From a virus, in IMG/VR virus record IMGVR_UViG_3300019776_000657, positions 1 to 64,000 of that record: DNA of 64,000 nt; one strand, 5' to 3'. Positions 26,933-37,668 of this stretch are shown piece by piece. Below the pieces are notes generated by a model. It was not told where the DNA came from. It did no database searches and saw only the letters and a list, made by a program, of their open reading frames with translations. Numbering within the stretch: the stretch's first letter is position 1; every line of letters begins with the position of its first letter. Position numbers and translations under genes: made by a program.

Positions 26933-27273
26933 CATTTGTGACGATTGTGCCGATTTTCCAAATCTGCTTTTATGGTTTTAAGCATTAAAATAATCAGTAC
27001 AACAGCTACTGAAATATTGAGGGCAGTTTCACCCAAGATACCCATTGACCAATAACTAAGCGGAAATTCAGGACCAATAGCCCACTGACATACAATAGTA
27101 ATACTAGTAAATAGACTTATTAGTCCAATATACCACATAGGGGTCACAACCCAGTTCGGCATGTCTCTATTATGTAGGGCCGTGTAAAGGGCACCTACAA
27201 ATATAGATAAGTGAGCTGCAAAATTAAGTGTTAAATGACTTGCAGACACAAAGTCAAGAGCAGAGGAAATCAT
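26932..27273 (-). CDS. membrane protein (3 TM), lysis-region
   Basis: three hydrophobic segments with a basic tail. Confidence 0.65.
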   Translation of the reverse strand: MISSALDFVSASHLTLNFAAHLSIFVGALYTALHNRDMPNWVVTPMWYIGLISLFTSITIVCQWAIGPEFPLSYWSMGILGETALNISVAVVLIILMLKTIKADLENRHNRHK

Positions 27274-27277
27274 GATA

Positions 27278-27610
27278 TTAGCCCTTCTTTTTCTTTATAT
27301 CTTGTACGGCTTCTACTATGTCTTTATCTTGGTTTTTTACCAAAAAGTTAGCCACCATTCCGAGTACTGTATAGGCTAAAAATCCTACACAAAAACCACC
27401 CATCAGTTGAGTTTCCCAGTTGTTATCAAAACCAGCTATTTGTAAAAAAGGTTGTGCAAATACCATTGCACTACCAACACTCATTCCACCTCTCATAAAT
27501 GCTTCACCAATTGTTTTTGGTCTGATGAAGGTTAAGATTGCAAATCCACCAAAAAGTCCACCCACCATTGAGGCAACTTTTGCAGTTAAATAACCTGTTG
27601 GATCAGCCAT
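27278..27610 (-). CDS. putative holin
   Basis: 2-3 TM segments with Gly-rich helices and a basic C-terminus (IKKKKG). Confidence 0.55.
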   Translation of the reverse strand: MADPTGYLTAKVASMVGGLFGGFAILTFIRPKTIGEAFMRGGMSVGSAMVFAQPFLQIAGFDNNWETQLMGGFCVGFLAYTVLGMVANFLVKNQDKDIVEAVQDIKKKKG

Positions 27611-27620
27611 AGGCCACCTC

Positions 27621-28418
27621 TTATTTGTTTTCGCGAGCCCTTACAATTTGATCTCGCTTAGCTTTGGCCCAAGTTTGGCCACCATCCCCACCCCATAAGT
27701 CCCAAGCTACTCTGCCAGCACTTGGAAAGCCTTCTTCTCCACTATTAAATCCTGTTGCTTTTTTATCTACTTCATGACGACTAAAAAATGAGTGCATTCT
27801 CATTACAGTTCTATCACTCAGCGTTTCGCGGTTTACAAGTTGATGCGCTCTGGACAACCCTACAGCAGTACCACCACTGTAACCTTCTTTTTTCCAGTTT
27901 AATGCTCGGCGAGCAGCGCTTGCCATTCCACTAGTAGGCTTGTGATTATTTAAAGCTTTACTGTCATAACCAAGTGATTTTTCTTCTTCTGGGTCGTCCT
28001 CTGGAGTAACAAACCAAACATTTTGATTGTCTTCGTCACTATTAGGATTTTCCCAATCATCACAGGTACGTAGGGCGCTACAAGTAATACTCCAGCGAGT
28101 ACATACAGCAGCGGGCATACCAGGAATATCTGCCCATTTAGGAGTAACAGGTAAGTCACTGGCTTTTAGTTGACCGCCAGGACCTTCAATGATACAGTCT
28201 TGTGTTTCTGGATCATTTTTGTAGTGAGCACAGTTCATACATAAACGAGTACGTGCTAAGCCTTCTGTTACACCCCATTTTTCTTGTTTCCTAGCCCAGT
28301 ACTCTGTGCTTGGCTCACGAGGATCAGCAGGACCCAAGTTAGCGTACTCAATGGTTTGTAAGTGATTTGCCAGATTTATATCTTTATACATCGTGGCTAC
28401 TGGACATAAATCTGCCAT
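27621..28418 (-). CDS. two-domain hypothetical protein (Cys-rich N-terminus, basic C-terminal domain ending AWDLWGGD)
   Basis: 265-aa ORF with an acidic linker between two domains. Confidence 0.75.
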   Translation of the reverse strand: MADLCPVATMYKDINLANHLQTIEYANLGPADPREPSTEYWARKQEKWGVTEGLARTRLCMNCAHYKNDPETQDCIIEGPGGQLKASDLPVTPKWADIPGMPAAVCTRWSITCSALRTCDDWENPNSDEDNQNVWFVTPEDDPEEEKSLGYDSKALNNHKPTSGMASAARRALNWKKEGYSGGTAVGLSRAHQLVNRETLSDRTVMRMHSFFSRHEVDKKATGFNSGEEGFPSAGRVAWDLWGGDGGQTWAKAKRDQIVRARENK

Positions 28419-28426
28419 GGTTACTC

Positions 28427-29122
28427 CTAGTTTTTATAAGCTAAAATTATAGATTTGCACATCTTTGAGCGAACAATGTCACTCTCCAAGAAGCGAACGA
28501 CCTCAATGCCACCAATACCTTCTAATCGGTTGACAGCATCCATTAAACCGCTATCTGGAATGTCGCTTTGATCATCATCGCCACTAATAATCATTTTAGT
28601 ATTACGACCGATTCTGCTCAACAGCATTTTCAATTCCATTTTAGTGGCGTTTTGTGCTTCGTCTACCAATACAATAGCATTGTCAAATGTAGCACCTCTC
28701 ATGAATCCCAATGGGCGTGGTTCAATGGCTTTCGACTTAAGCGCATATTCATAGAAACCTTTACCAAGTGACCGACTAAATACCTGATCAAAAGGATCCA
28801 AGTAAGGCTCGTACTTTTCTTCTAGAGTACCAGGAAGAAAACCCAGTCCTCTACCAGTTTCTACATTGGGTCTGGTCAAAATAATTTTGTCTACTCTGCG
28901 ATGAAACAGCTCGCTGGCAGCATAACTAGCAGCCACATAGGTTTTTCCTGTGCCTGCACTGCCAATACCAAAAACTATCTCGCTGGTTTTTATAGCATTA
29001 AGATACGTTTCCTGTATATAATTTAGTGGTTTTACTTCCTTGAATTCAGTTTTAGTTAAAAAACTGTTGTCAGAGCCTTGATGTACTGCTCGACGAGCTT
29101 TTTTGCCACTGTTATTTGCCAT
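28427..29122 (-). CDS. phoH: PhoH-like ATPase
   Basis: GSAGTGKT, LGFLPG, FMRGATF, DEAQN, GD..QSD. Confidence 0.95.
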   Translation of the reverse strand: MANNSGKKARRAVHQGSDNSFLTKTEFKEVKPLNYIQETYLNAIKTSEIVFGIGSAGTGKTYVAASYAASELFHRRVDKIILTRPNVETGRGLGFLPGTLEEKYEPYLDPFDQVFSRSLGKGFYEYALKSKAIEPRPLGFMRGATFDNAIVLVDEAQNATKMELKMLLSRIGRNTKMIISGDDDQSDIPDSGLMDAVNRLEGIGGIEVVRFLESDIVRSKMCKSIILAYKN

Positions 29123-29151
29123 AATATTTGAAGGTTGGTTAGTCGGCCTGT

Positions 29152-29643
29152 TTATCTTAACAGGTTCGCTTCTGCTTTTCTACGTGTTGTCAACCCTGGT
29201 AGTACCCTACCAGCAGCTTTATTCCACTTCTGTATTTCTTCATAAGCACCTGTCCAGTCGCAGCTATTGACTCTTTTACGAAGTGTACTTATTTTATAAT
29301 TGCCTAACCCGCAATTATAACAAAAACTAATGATTGCTGCAAAACGTCGCGTTGGTTGATTGACCAAGTCTGGACTAAGACCTAACACACCATAAGCAAA
29401 ATGCTTTAGGTGTGCTTGTAGGTCTGTTTCAGCTTGTTGTTTAGTCCACACTGTATCTGGATTGACATGCGGCCCAGTACTTCCCCAGCCAATAGTCCAA
29501 GGTTTGCCCCCTGTACCTGGATCTGGGTAAGCCCTGCAACCGCCGTCTGGTAACTTCTTGTGATAACCCTCAAAGGGTTTCACAAGAAGTTCACAGCTCA
29601 TGTCAATAGCCTCCTTGATTGGATCCCTGACTTCATCAGTCAT
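29152..29643 (-). CDS. endolysin, GH24 lysozyme
   Basis: FEG...AYPDP...WTIGWG, SF.YN.G, W.KA.GRVLPGL..RR.AE. Confidence 0.93.
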   Translation of the reverse strand: MTDEVRDPIKEAIDMSCELLVKPFEGYHKKLPDGGCRAYPDPGTGGKPWTIGWGSTGPHVNPDTVWTKQQAETDLQAHLKHFAYGVLGLSPDLVNQPTRRFAAIISFCYNCGLGNYKISTLRKRVNSCDWTGAYEEIQKWNKAAGRVLPGLTTRRKAEANLLR

Positions 29644-30122
29644 GACTTAGGCTTTTCTAGTGGGCGACCTAGGAACCAGAATGTGAGTATCATGTTTAAC
29701 ATTGCAAAGTCATCTGGAGTCCAGTGTTTGTCTGCAATCTGTACCCAACTGGCTCCTGTGTTAATGGCATGCATTATTACCACAATTTTAAATGCCACAT
29801 ACATACCAAATAGTACATAAGTAACCATTGGTCTGACTAAGGCACTTAATGCAGCTACCCACTTGTAGCTTTTACCAGCATCATCGCCTTGCTGCTTGAT
29901 AGCTGCTTCAATTGCCTGGGTTTGTGCAATATTGTAGTCAACATACTTTTCTTCAATCTTGACTTGACCACGAGTTTTTTCCAAGTCAATTTGAAGGCCA
30001 TACATCGCTAACTCATGCTTGCGATCATCTTTGCGATCCCAAAATTTTAGTACTTCTGGGGCTAAGCGGAATAATCCGCCAAATACTGATCCCAGTATAC
30101 CACTTGCTGCAAATTCTAACAT
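29640..30122 (-). CDS. holin-like membrane protein (3TM-type)
   Basis: N-terminal TM, coiled coil, ALVRP...TM...FWFLGR; adjacent to the endolysin. Confidence 0.6.
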   Translation of the reverse strand: MLEFAASGILGSVFGGLFRLAPEVLKFWDRKDDRKHELAMYGLQIDLEKTRGQVKIEEKYVDYNIAQTQAIEAAIKQQGDDAGKSYKWVAALSALVRPMVTYVLFGMYVAFKIVVIMHAINTGASWVQIADKHWTPDDFAMLNMILTFWFLGRPLEKPKS

Positions 30123-30132
30123 AGCTATTTCC

Positions 30133-30291
30133 TTAGACGGATTCACCATCTACTATTGTGGGTTGATTACCACTGTTCACCCAGGCTATATACTCCATAA
30201 AGTCTGGATCAAACTCGGACTCACAAGGAGCGACGACCTTGTCGTCGCTATTCCTTGTCACTGTGCCTTGGTATAAGCTAAGAGTGTACAT
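30133..30291 (-). CDS. 52-aa tail-fibre-associated small protein (not in the ORF track)
   Basis: MYTLSLYQGTVTRNSDDKVVAPCESEFDPDFMEYIAWVNSGNQPTIVDGESV; D..EY..W...GN.P pattern common behind fibre genes. Confidence 0.6.
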   Translation of the reverse strand: MYTLSLYQGTVTRNSDDKVVAPCESEFDPDFMEYIAWVNSGNQPTIVDGESV

Positions 30292-30292
30292 G

Positions 30293-33200
30293 TTAAGTAT
30301 CCGTTTCTAGATAAATGCTGCCAATATCAATACCAACAGCTTGCGCAGTTGCATTATTACTGGTATATATTCTAGGCCCTAAAAGCGTAGTACTTAAAGG
30401 AAGTTGAGTACCTGCCACAGCTGCTGTAATTGTACCTTCTGCAATAATTCCAGTAGTAATATTTTGAACTCTATAGCTTACCACATTGTTTACATTGCTA
30501 GGAGAGAACAATATCAATTCATACCAGTCTGTAGTTAACGTTTTACCAGGAAAACTTGCACTCAAAGCTATTGGTGTTTGGGCAGCGCTGCCACCATAAA
30601 ACAATCTCAAGTTGGTATCGCCGCTACTAGTACCAATACCAATACTATTGGTAAAAGTTGCTGGATCTGTTGCTGGAACAGGAACCGCTACTGTACTTGT
30701 CATGCCAACAAAAGTAATCTGAGTTGCCAAAGTTGCTGCATTACTAATACCAAATCTAGCAATAAAGTAAAACCCGCCTATTCCAACAGTACCAGTACCA
30801 ACAGTAAATTGGCTATTTGCTGCAACGTTGTATAATCCGGTATAGCTACCTGCTGTTGCTGCACTTACATAACCCAGCCTTCTTGCACGAGTAAATACGT
30901 TTGTGGTTGCTACGTTACGAGCAGTCGCTGTACCATTGGCTGTAAGATTCATACCAAATATAACAGGAACAGTATTAACGTTACCAGTTGGGTTATAAAT
31001 AGCAATCTTATTTTGAGCAAAACTGGCTTGAAGTGCTGTGTCATACCCACTAGGCCCAATAAATTTGGGCATAATACGTCCACCAATATTTTTTGCATAT
31101 AATAATAGTCGTCCAGCAGCAGGTACTGCAGGTTCTGTAGCAATAGCCTGTAATTCAAACTCAGGATCAGTACCAATTAGCGATAGTCTATTGGCTGTTA
31201 CATCATAAGTAAAATTAGCATTGCCACCAAAACCACCACTGGCGTTATATTGAACATAAGTATTACTACCACCCGGACTACCAGTACCACCATTGATTAT
31301 TAGATCACCACTACCCAACAGTGAGTTACCATTAACAGTTTTGATATTGGTACCACTCACCAAAGTGGCTTGAACTGCTATATCGCCGCTACCTAGCAGA
31401 GAAGTACTATTAACAGTTTTGATGGATGTGCCACTTACCAAGGTGGCTTGAACCGCAATATCTCCACTACCCAGTATTGATGCACTGTTAACAGTTTTGA
31501 TGTTGGTGCCACTCACCAGTGTGGCTTGAACTGCTATATCACCACTACCAAGTATTGATGTACTGTTAACAGTTTTGATATTGGTACCACTCACCAAAGT
31601 GGCTTGAACTGCTATATCACCACTACCTAACAGAGAAGTACTATTAACAGTCTTGATAGATGTACCACTTACTAGAGTTGATTGCTTGTTATTAAAAGTA
31701 TTCCAGTCCGTGGCTGTTAAATATCCATTAGTATTAGTAGTAGCTTGACTAATACTAATTGTAGGGGTTGTTCCGCCACTACTACTAATTGGGGCGGTTC
31801 CTCCAACACTCTCTACTCTGTCTACCCAAGCAGTATCATAATTAGTACCGCTCAGTTTTACCAACGACTGACCAGTTGTTCCACCAACAGCTACGCCAGC
31901 ACCTGTACTACCAGTACTACCTGTAGCTCCACGAGGACCTTGAGCACCTTGTGTACTTTGTTCTAGTGCAAAATAGTCTAGTTTGGTTGTGTGAGTAGCG
32001 CTGCCACTATTACTGTGATATAACCTGGCTTGTACAGTACCACTAGAAATATAACTAGTAGAATTCAATACTTCAAGTGCATACTGAGAATATCCAGTTG
32101 AACCAGAGTAAGACCCAATATTGTCCCATGCCAAAGTACTATTATTGTACAATTGGAAATAGACAATGTGCCCAGAAGCAAGTGTATAATCAACGTTGGC
32201 TACTACACGGTTAAACGAAGCAACTCCATTGATAGTAAATGTTATTATCCAAGCAGGACCTGCGGCAGTACCGTCTGTTATTTCATAATAATTACCATCA
32301 TTAAGAACTTGTGTACTTGTTACAGAACCACCTACATAAACACCATTAGTTAAAGTTAATGAGCTGGCGGTATAAATAACAGGGGCAGTTAAAACACTCT
32401 TCCACGCCAGTCCACTTGCAGTAGTTGAATCCGCAGCTAAATATAAATTATCGCTACCAACTGGCAATCTGATATTTGCAGTGCTACTACGAGTATATAA
32501 GTCTCCCTTAGTTGTAAGTGGAGATATGCTGTTTAGTGTAGTCTGTAGGTCTGTTATAGAACTGATTGGGTGAGTATCAGCACTTGAACGACCACTGAGG
32601 TCATTGTGACTTGTTGCAGAAACAACAGATGCTGCAGAAGTAGCGGACCGGGCTAGAATCTTTCTGATTCCAGCGATTTGAACTTTTGCACTATTGGCTG
32701 TATATGCACTGCTTGTTTTAACAACAATTTGGTACATAAATACTTGTTCTGCAAAGCTCAATCCATACTCAACAAATTCTTCTGTGTATGCGGTTTCAAC
32801 ACTGTCGTAAGTAGCGCGGCCAAGAACTAACTTAATTGGTGAACGTGTGTCGTTTGTTGCTAACAACCAGTAAGAAATATACTTACCCTCTGCTGCATCT
32901 GCCAAAGACCAAGTACTGCCATTGTAATAGTTGTATCTGGCCAAAGAAATGCCGGCTATCCAAGGTGTAGTACTTGCAGCTGTGATTCTGTATGATGAAC
33001 CCACCAAGTACATTACTTCTAGATTTGCAGAACTTTCTAGAACCTGTTGATAAAATCCATTTGGTGTGGCTGAGTGCGTAATAGTGTGAGTTAAATCTTC
33101 GTCTTGAATAGCGATTGGAGCACCTATTCCAAGATTAACACTACTGGCATTGTTCAATGTATAAGTTAAAGCACCACCACTTCTCCACACTGTTCCAACA

Positions 33201-34336
33201 TTTAAGTGTGTTACTGAGTGCCAAGTTGTATCACGTTTACTACCATGACGCTCATCGCCAACTATGATGGCTTTTGCATCGTTGCTGTCCCAGTAGATAT
33301 ATGCTAGGTTTATGTTGAGCTCAAAGTTAGGAGCACCTGTAAACTGTACTAAGTCTAAAGTGTCGGGATCTATTTTAATCCAGCTTGCTCCATCCGTATT
33401 TGTGATAACAATGGATTTAGTAGTAGAAACAGTCTTGAGTACACCATTATAGTAAAATGTCCAACTACCACTCACTGGAGTTACTGTAAATGTTCTGGTA
33501 CTGTCATTAAAAGACAATGTAGCAGCAGTTCTGTCTACAACACCGATCATGTCACCAGTTACAGCCGCAACTGTAGGCAACACAGAATAATCACCAGTAC
33601 CTGTAATTGTAGTACCGTCGATTGTTTTGAAAGTAGGTTTATTGATTAAGTCTGTATAACTACCGCTGGTTGCTACAGTAGCTAAAGTAGGAGTACCGCT
33701 CAGATCACTATATAAACCACTAGTAGCTACAGTGGCCAATGTTGGTTTATTGATTAAGTCTGTGTAACTACCACTAGTAGCTACAGTGGCCAATGTTGGT
33801 TTATTGATTAAGTCTGTGTAACTACCACTAGTAGCTACAGATGCTAAACTTGGGGTACCACTGAGGTCACTATAAAGTCCACTGGTTGCTACTGCTGCAA
33901 GTGTAGGTGCTCCACTCAAATCACTATAACTACCGCTGGTTGCTACTGTAGCAAAAGTTGGTTTGCTTGTGATACCAGACCAAGGTACTGCATCTGCGCT
34001 TTCTGCAGAATCTACCTTACCATTATTATTAGTATCATAAATAGATTTTACCATATCTCCAGTAGCTAGAGTTGGTTTATTTATTAAGTCTGTATAACTA
34101 CCACTAGTAGCTACAGTGGCTAGAGTAGGTGTGCCACTGAGGTCACTATAAAGCCCACTGGTTGCTACAGCAGCAAATGTTGGTTTATCGCTTACTCCAG
34201 CCCAAGGAACAGCATCTGCATTGTCTGCATAGTCTACTTTGCCATTATCGTTGCTGTCATAGACAGCTTTGGTCATATCACCAGTACCGCTAGGATAGCT
34301 GCTCTGTATAAGGTCGGTTAAATTAATTGTTGCCAT
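30293..34336 (-). CDS. long tail fibre-like protein
   Basis: Thr/Ser/Gly-rich; ATSGSYTDL and VSGTNIKTVN repeats; short collagen stretch. Confidence 0.8.
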   Translation of the reverse strand: MATINLTDLIQSSYPSGTGDMTKAVYDSNDNGKVDYADNADAVPWAGVSDKPTFAAVATSGLYSDLSGTPTLATVATSGSYTDLINKPTLATGDMVKSIYDTNNNGKVDSAESADAVPWSGITSKPTFATVATSGSYSDLSGAPTLAAVATSGLYSDLSGTPSLASVATSGSYTDLINKPTLATVATSGSYTDLINKPTLATVATSGLYSDLSGTPTLATVATSGSYTDLINKPTFKTIDGTTITGTGDYSVLPTVAAVTGDMIGVVDRTAATLSFNDSTRTFTVTPVSGSWTFYYNGVLKTVSTTKSIVITNTDGASWIKIDPDTLDLVQFTGAPNFELNINLAYIYWDSNDAKAIIVGDERHGSKRDTTWHSVTHLNVGTVWRSGGALTYTLNNASSVNLGIGAPIAIQDEDLTHTITHSATPNGFYQQVLESSANLEVMYLVGSSYRITAASTTPWIAGISLARYNYYNGSTWSLADAAEGKYISYWLLATNDTRSPIKLVLGRATYDSVETAYTEEFVEYGLSFAEQVFMYQIVVKTSSAYTANSAKVQIAGIRKILARSATSAASVVSATSHNDLSGRSSADTHPISSITDLQTTLNSISPLTTKGDLYTRSSTANIRLPVGSDNLYLAADSTTASGLAWKSVLTAPVIYTASSLTLTNGVYVGGSVTSTQVLNDGNYYEITDGTAAGPAWIITFTINGVASFNRVVANVDYTLASGHIVYFQLYNNSTLAWDNIGSYSGSTGYSQYALEVLNSTSYISSGTVQARLYHSNSGSATHTTKLDYFALEQSTQGAQGPRGATGSTGSTGAGVAVGGTTGQSLVKLSGTNYDTAWVDRVESVGGTAPISSSGGTTPTISISQATTNTNGYLTATDWNTFNNKQSTLVSGTSIKTVNSTSLLGSGDIAVQATLVSGTNIKTVNSTSILGSGDIAVQATLVSGTNIKTVNSASILGSGDIAVQATLVSGTSIKTVNSTSLLGSGDIAVQATLVSGTNIKTVNGNSLLGSGDLIINGGTGSPGGSNTYVQYNASGGFGGNANFTYDVTANRLSLIGTDPEFELQAIATEPAVPAAGRLLLYAKNIGGRIMPKFIGPSGYDTALQASFAQNKIAIYNPTGNVNTVPVIFGMNLTANGTATARNVATTNVFTRARRLGYVSAATAGSYTGLYNVAANSQFTVGTGTVGIGGFYFIARFGISNAATLATQITFVGMTSTVAVPVPATDPATFTNSIGIGTSSGDTNLRLFYGGSAAQTPIALSASFPGKTLTTDWYELILFSPSNVNNVVSYRVQNITTGIIAEGTITAAVAGTQLPLSTTLLGPRIYTSNNATAQAVGIDIGSIYLETDT
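31300..31680. repeat. about five tandem 78-bp coding repeats (LVSGTNIKTVNSTSILGSGDIAVQAT)
   Basis: visible in both DNA and protein. Confidence 0.85.
33630..34290. repeat. 54-bp coding repeats (LATVATSGSYTDLINKPT / SDLSGTPT) plus a duplicated GDM...YD..NNGKVD block
   Basis: visible in both DNA and protein. Confidence 0.85.
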
Positions 34337-34358
34337 TTATATTCCTTATACAGGTTCC

Positions 34359-35837
34359 TTAACTATTGGGGAATGGTTGAGTTGGAGCAGTAAAATTAGC
34401 AGTATATCGTGCTACACCTTTGGTTACGCGAATTTCGTCTATATTTCCTTGATAATTACCATTTCCACCCTTACCAAAGTATAGGGTAGATGTAGTATTA
34501 CTCCAAGCAGGTTGAGCTAATACAGTAGTACTCTTTGTTCCATTTACATATAAACTCAAGTTTGTTCCATTTCCAACAAATGCTAGGTGAGTCCACGTAT
34601 TAAGTGGTACTGACACACCACCAAATGAGTCAATTGACTGCCAAGCAGTAATTGCAGCGTTTGATACTAGTATAGACACAGTTGCTGCATCTAAAATTAG
34701 TTCAAAAGGACTGTACTGTGCACCTGTTCTGGTTGATATTACGGCTTGATTGTTTGAAGTTCCGGTTCTGTAAATCCAGGCCTCAACAGTAAATGAACCA
34801 CTACCAAACGCAAACAATGCACTGTTAGTAGTATTTATAAATGCACCAACAGAGAAGATTCCGCTAGCAGTACCAAACTTATAAACACTAGTATCTAACT
34901 GAGCCCCATTGTTGCCAGTCATTGATACATTGTTTGAGCTGCTATCAGTAAATGTAGTACCACCACTGCTACCATCTAAATGTAACAATAGGCTAACACT
35001 ACTAAAAGATGGATCTGTTAAGGCCAATGAATTATAGGTTAATCCAAATCCACTAACATACCAAGTAGTGTTTTCTACCTTTAATGCAGAGGCTAATCCA
35101 TATTGTGGTAATACAACAGAGGCAACGGGACCTGTTCCTGCTAATACTAATGAATCAGTATTTATACCAACTGTAGCTGATGCCGTTGACTGATTAATAA
35201 ATGTTACTGACGTACCTGTTGAAAAAGGCACTGAAGCATTTGAAGGTATAGTAAATGTACGAGGAGTGGTATCAGTACTTGGATGTAGTATGTACTTTCC
35301 ACTGTCTGATGAAATCAATGTATAATTTGCGCTCTGACTGTTTTGTGTCAATACAGTAGTACCAGCTCCAGCATCACCCTTTTTACCTAAAGTGGCAGTT
35401 ACTTGCCAGGTTGTACCGTCGTATATAAAATATACAGAAATACCCTTGACATTTAGGAGGACGTCATTGGTAGTACCCTCTACAGTACTACCATTACGAG
35501 CAACAGTAAGACTATTCGTTCCCCAATCTGCACCGTCTGTAAATTCAACATAGTTGCCAACAGCAGGAGTGGATGGAAGTGTTACAGTAAACACTCCACC
35601 GCTTGTGTCAGCAATGATCTTGTCTCCGCTAACTGCTGTATAGTTAGCAGTTTTACGAATCCAAGTGGTTGCAGAACTGGTTCCAGAACCAGAAATAGAG
35701 GAAATTGTATTAGTGGCTGTTTTGTAATACAGTTTACCATCTGTGTAATTTAAAGCTAGTTCACCGTAGTCTAGGTCACCAACAAGGGGAACCTTGCTGG
35801 CGACACTGGACTTTTTAAGAATAATCTTTGAGGCCAT
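34359..35837 (-). CDS. virion fibre/adhesin: Mtd_N-like head, gp34-like module, C-terminal LamG/ConA domain
   Basis: GELALNYTDGKLY; ADTSGGVFTVTLP; VSLLLHLDG...FTVEAW...WTHLA...YVNG...IDEIRVTKGVARY. Confidence 0.8.
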   Translation of the reverse strand: MASKIILKKSSVASKVPLVGDLDYGELALNYTDGKLYYKTATNTISSISGSGTSSATTWIRKTANYTAVSGDKIIADTSGGVFTVTLPSTPAVGNYVEFTDGADWGTNSLTVARNGSTVEGTTNDVLLNVKGISVYFIYDGTTWQVTATLGKKGDAGAGTTVLTQNSQSANYTLISSDSGKYILHPSTDTTPRTFTIPSNASVPFSTGTSVTFINQSTASATVGINTDSLVLAGTGPVASVVLPQYGLASALKVENTTWYVSGFGLTYNSLALTDPSFSSVSLLLHLDGSSGGTTFTDSSSNNVSMTGNNGAQLDTSVYKFGTASGIFSVGAFINTTNSALFAFGSGSFTVEAWIYRTGTSNNQAVISTRTGAQYSPFELILDAATVSILVSNAAITAWQSIDSFGGVSVPLNTWTHLAFVGNGTNLSLYVNGTKSTTVLAQPAWSNTTSTLYFGKGGNGNYQGNIDEIRVTKGVARYTANFTAPTQPFPNS

Positions 35838-35871
35838 CTGTGTTCCTAAAAAGGGATGGAGTTATAAAAAA

Positions 35872-37653
35872 TTAGTAAGAACCACCATCCACTGTGGCAA
35901 TAGTTACTGCTCCACCTGTGACTAAGAAGTCTGTACTATTAAAACTGGCCAATCCCAATACACTTGATGTTGCTGTTGGAATTGCATTAGTTGTGACTGC
36001 GGTCACCAAGCCTTTAGCATTTACTGTAATTGCAGGAACTGAGGTAGAAGTACCAAAACTTCCCACGTTGCTATTTACAGTGGCCAGAGTAGCCGCAGCT
36101 GTTACGTTGGCACTACCATCAAAGCTGGGACTGGTATAAGTAATATCGCCGCTAATACTGATTGTGCGGCCAGTTGCTAACGCAGTGGCTGTTGAGGCGT
36201 TACCACTTAAGGCACCAAATACTGTGGTAACGTTTAAGTTCTTATTTAGGTTCCAGCGATCGTCAGCACTTGTATAAGTGAAAGTAGCAGGAGTGGTTGG
36301 ACCATTGACTGTTAAACCTGCGCCATTAGCTGCGGCAGCAGTTGCTGCATTTTTAGCAACTGTGATGTTCAAGTCTGCTACATCTAGTGTAGTGGTATTA
36401 ATAGTGGTAGTTGTACCACTAACTGTTAAGTTACCGCTGACAGTTAGATCATTGAATGTAACATTGCTGGTAGTGTCCACAGCCTGACCAATTGCGATGC
36501 TAACTTGATTGTTGGTTACAGTGGTTGTAACACCTGTGCCGCCTGCAAAGGTTAGGGTATCGGTGCCAACTGTTACTGTGTCTGTACCTGTACTACCAGC
36601 AATACTTAGTGAGCTACTAGTAGCTGCTGTTGTAATAGCTGTTACACGACCCTTAGCATCAACAGTAATAACAGGAACTGCTCCAGCACTACCAAATGTA
36701 CCTGCAACTTTATTTGTTGAACCATCCAATACTGTGGCCAATGTACCTGCTGCTGTTACATTGCCACTGCCATCAAATGCAGGGCTTGTGTAACTTAAAT
36801 CGCCTGAGATACTGATTGTACGACCAGTTGCTAACGCAGTGGCTGTTGAGGCATTACCTGTTAGGGCACCTGTAAATCCGGTAGAACTAACACTGGTCAA
36901 TCCAGCCAGAGTAGTACTTGAACCACCTAGAGAAATTGCAGTAGTACCAACTGTAACACTGCTGTTGGCCAACATAGTATTGGTGACTGTGGCAGTATCA
37001 CCTGTAGTAACGATTGTACCACTTACATTGGGAACTGTTAATGTTCTAGTAGTAGCAGTAGCAATTCCGCTCAACTGGAATTGTAATTTTTTGGTATTAT
37101 CTAAGTCGTCTTGGAAAAATGTGGTATTATCAGTAAATGTCTTATTTGTAAAGGTCTGAGTGCCGGTAAGAGTAGCAACTGTACTATCGATTGCAATTGT
37201 GACTGCACCGCTGCCATTAAAACTGGTACCACTAAGACCAGTACCAATTGTTAGGGCATTGGTAGTGTTGGCAGTAATTGTAATGTTAGCACTACCATTA
37301 AAACTAACACCGTTAATATTACGGGCTGTTTGAAGTGTAGTAGCGGTTGAGGCATTACCAGTCAGTGCTGCTGTAATAGTTCCAGCAGAAAAGTTGCCGC
37401 TGGCATCACGCTTTACAATTTTAGAAGCAGTATTAAGATCAGTAGCACCGTTGATTTGACCTACATAGTAGTTACCGCCAATTGCTATAACAGGTGCATC
37501 TCCATTACCATCTACTGTACCTGCACCGATGTATAGTATGTCACCACCGTTACTTCCGTTATTGGCTAAGTGGCTGTAGGCTAATTCGCCTAGTTTTAGA
37601 GTACTTGGAGCTCCAGCCGTAGCTGAACGCTTAATTCTGATTAATGAAGCCAT
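35872..37653 (-). CDS. tail fibre-like protein
   Basis: IRIKRS...GELAYS N-terminus; GNASTATAL.T.R.I repeats; VDGGSY end. Confidence 0.8.
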   Translation of the reverse strand: MASLIRIKRSATAGAPSTLKLGELAYSHLANNGSNGGDILYIGAGTVDGNGDAPVIAIGGNYYVGQINGATDLNTASKIVKRDASGNFSAGTITAALTGNASTATTLQTARNINGVSFNGSANITITANTTNALTIGTGLSGTSFNGSGAVTIAIDSTVATLTGTQTFTNKTFTDNTTFFQDDLDNTKKLQFQLSGIATATTRTLTVPNVSGTIVTTGDTATVTNTMLANSSVTVGTTAISLGGSSTTLAGLTSVSSTGFTGALTGNASTATALATGRTISISGDLSYTSPAFDGSGNVTAAGTLATVLDGSTNKVAGTFGSAGAVPVITVDAKGRVTAITTAATSSSLSIAGSTGTDTVTVGTDTLTFAGGTGVTTTVTNNQVSIAIGQAVDTTSNVTFNDLTVSGNLTVSGTTTTINTTTLDVADLNITVAKNAATAAAANGAGLTVNGPTTPATFTYTSADDRWNLNKNLNVTTVFGALSGNASTATALATGRTISISGDITYTSPSFDGSANVTAAATLATVNSNVGSFGTSTSVPAITVNAKGLVTAVTTNAIPTATSSVLGLASFNSTDFLVTGGAVTIATVDGGSY

Positions 37654-37668
37654 AGTTTATTTCCATTA

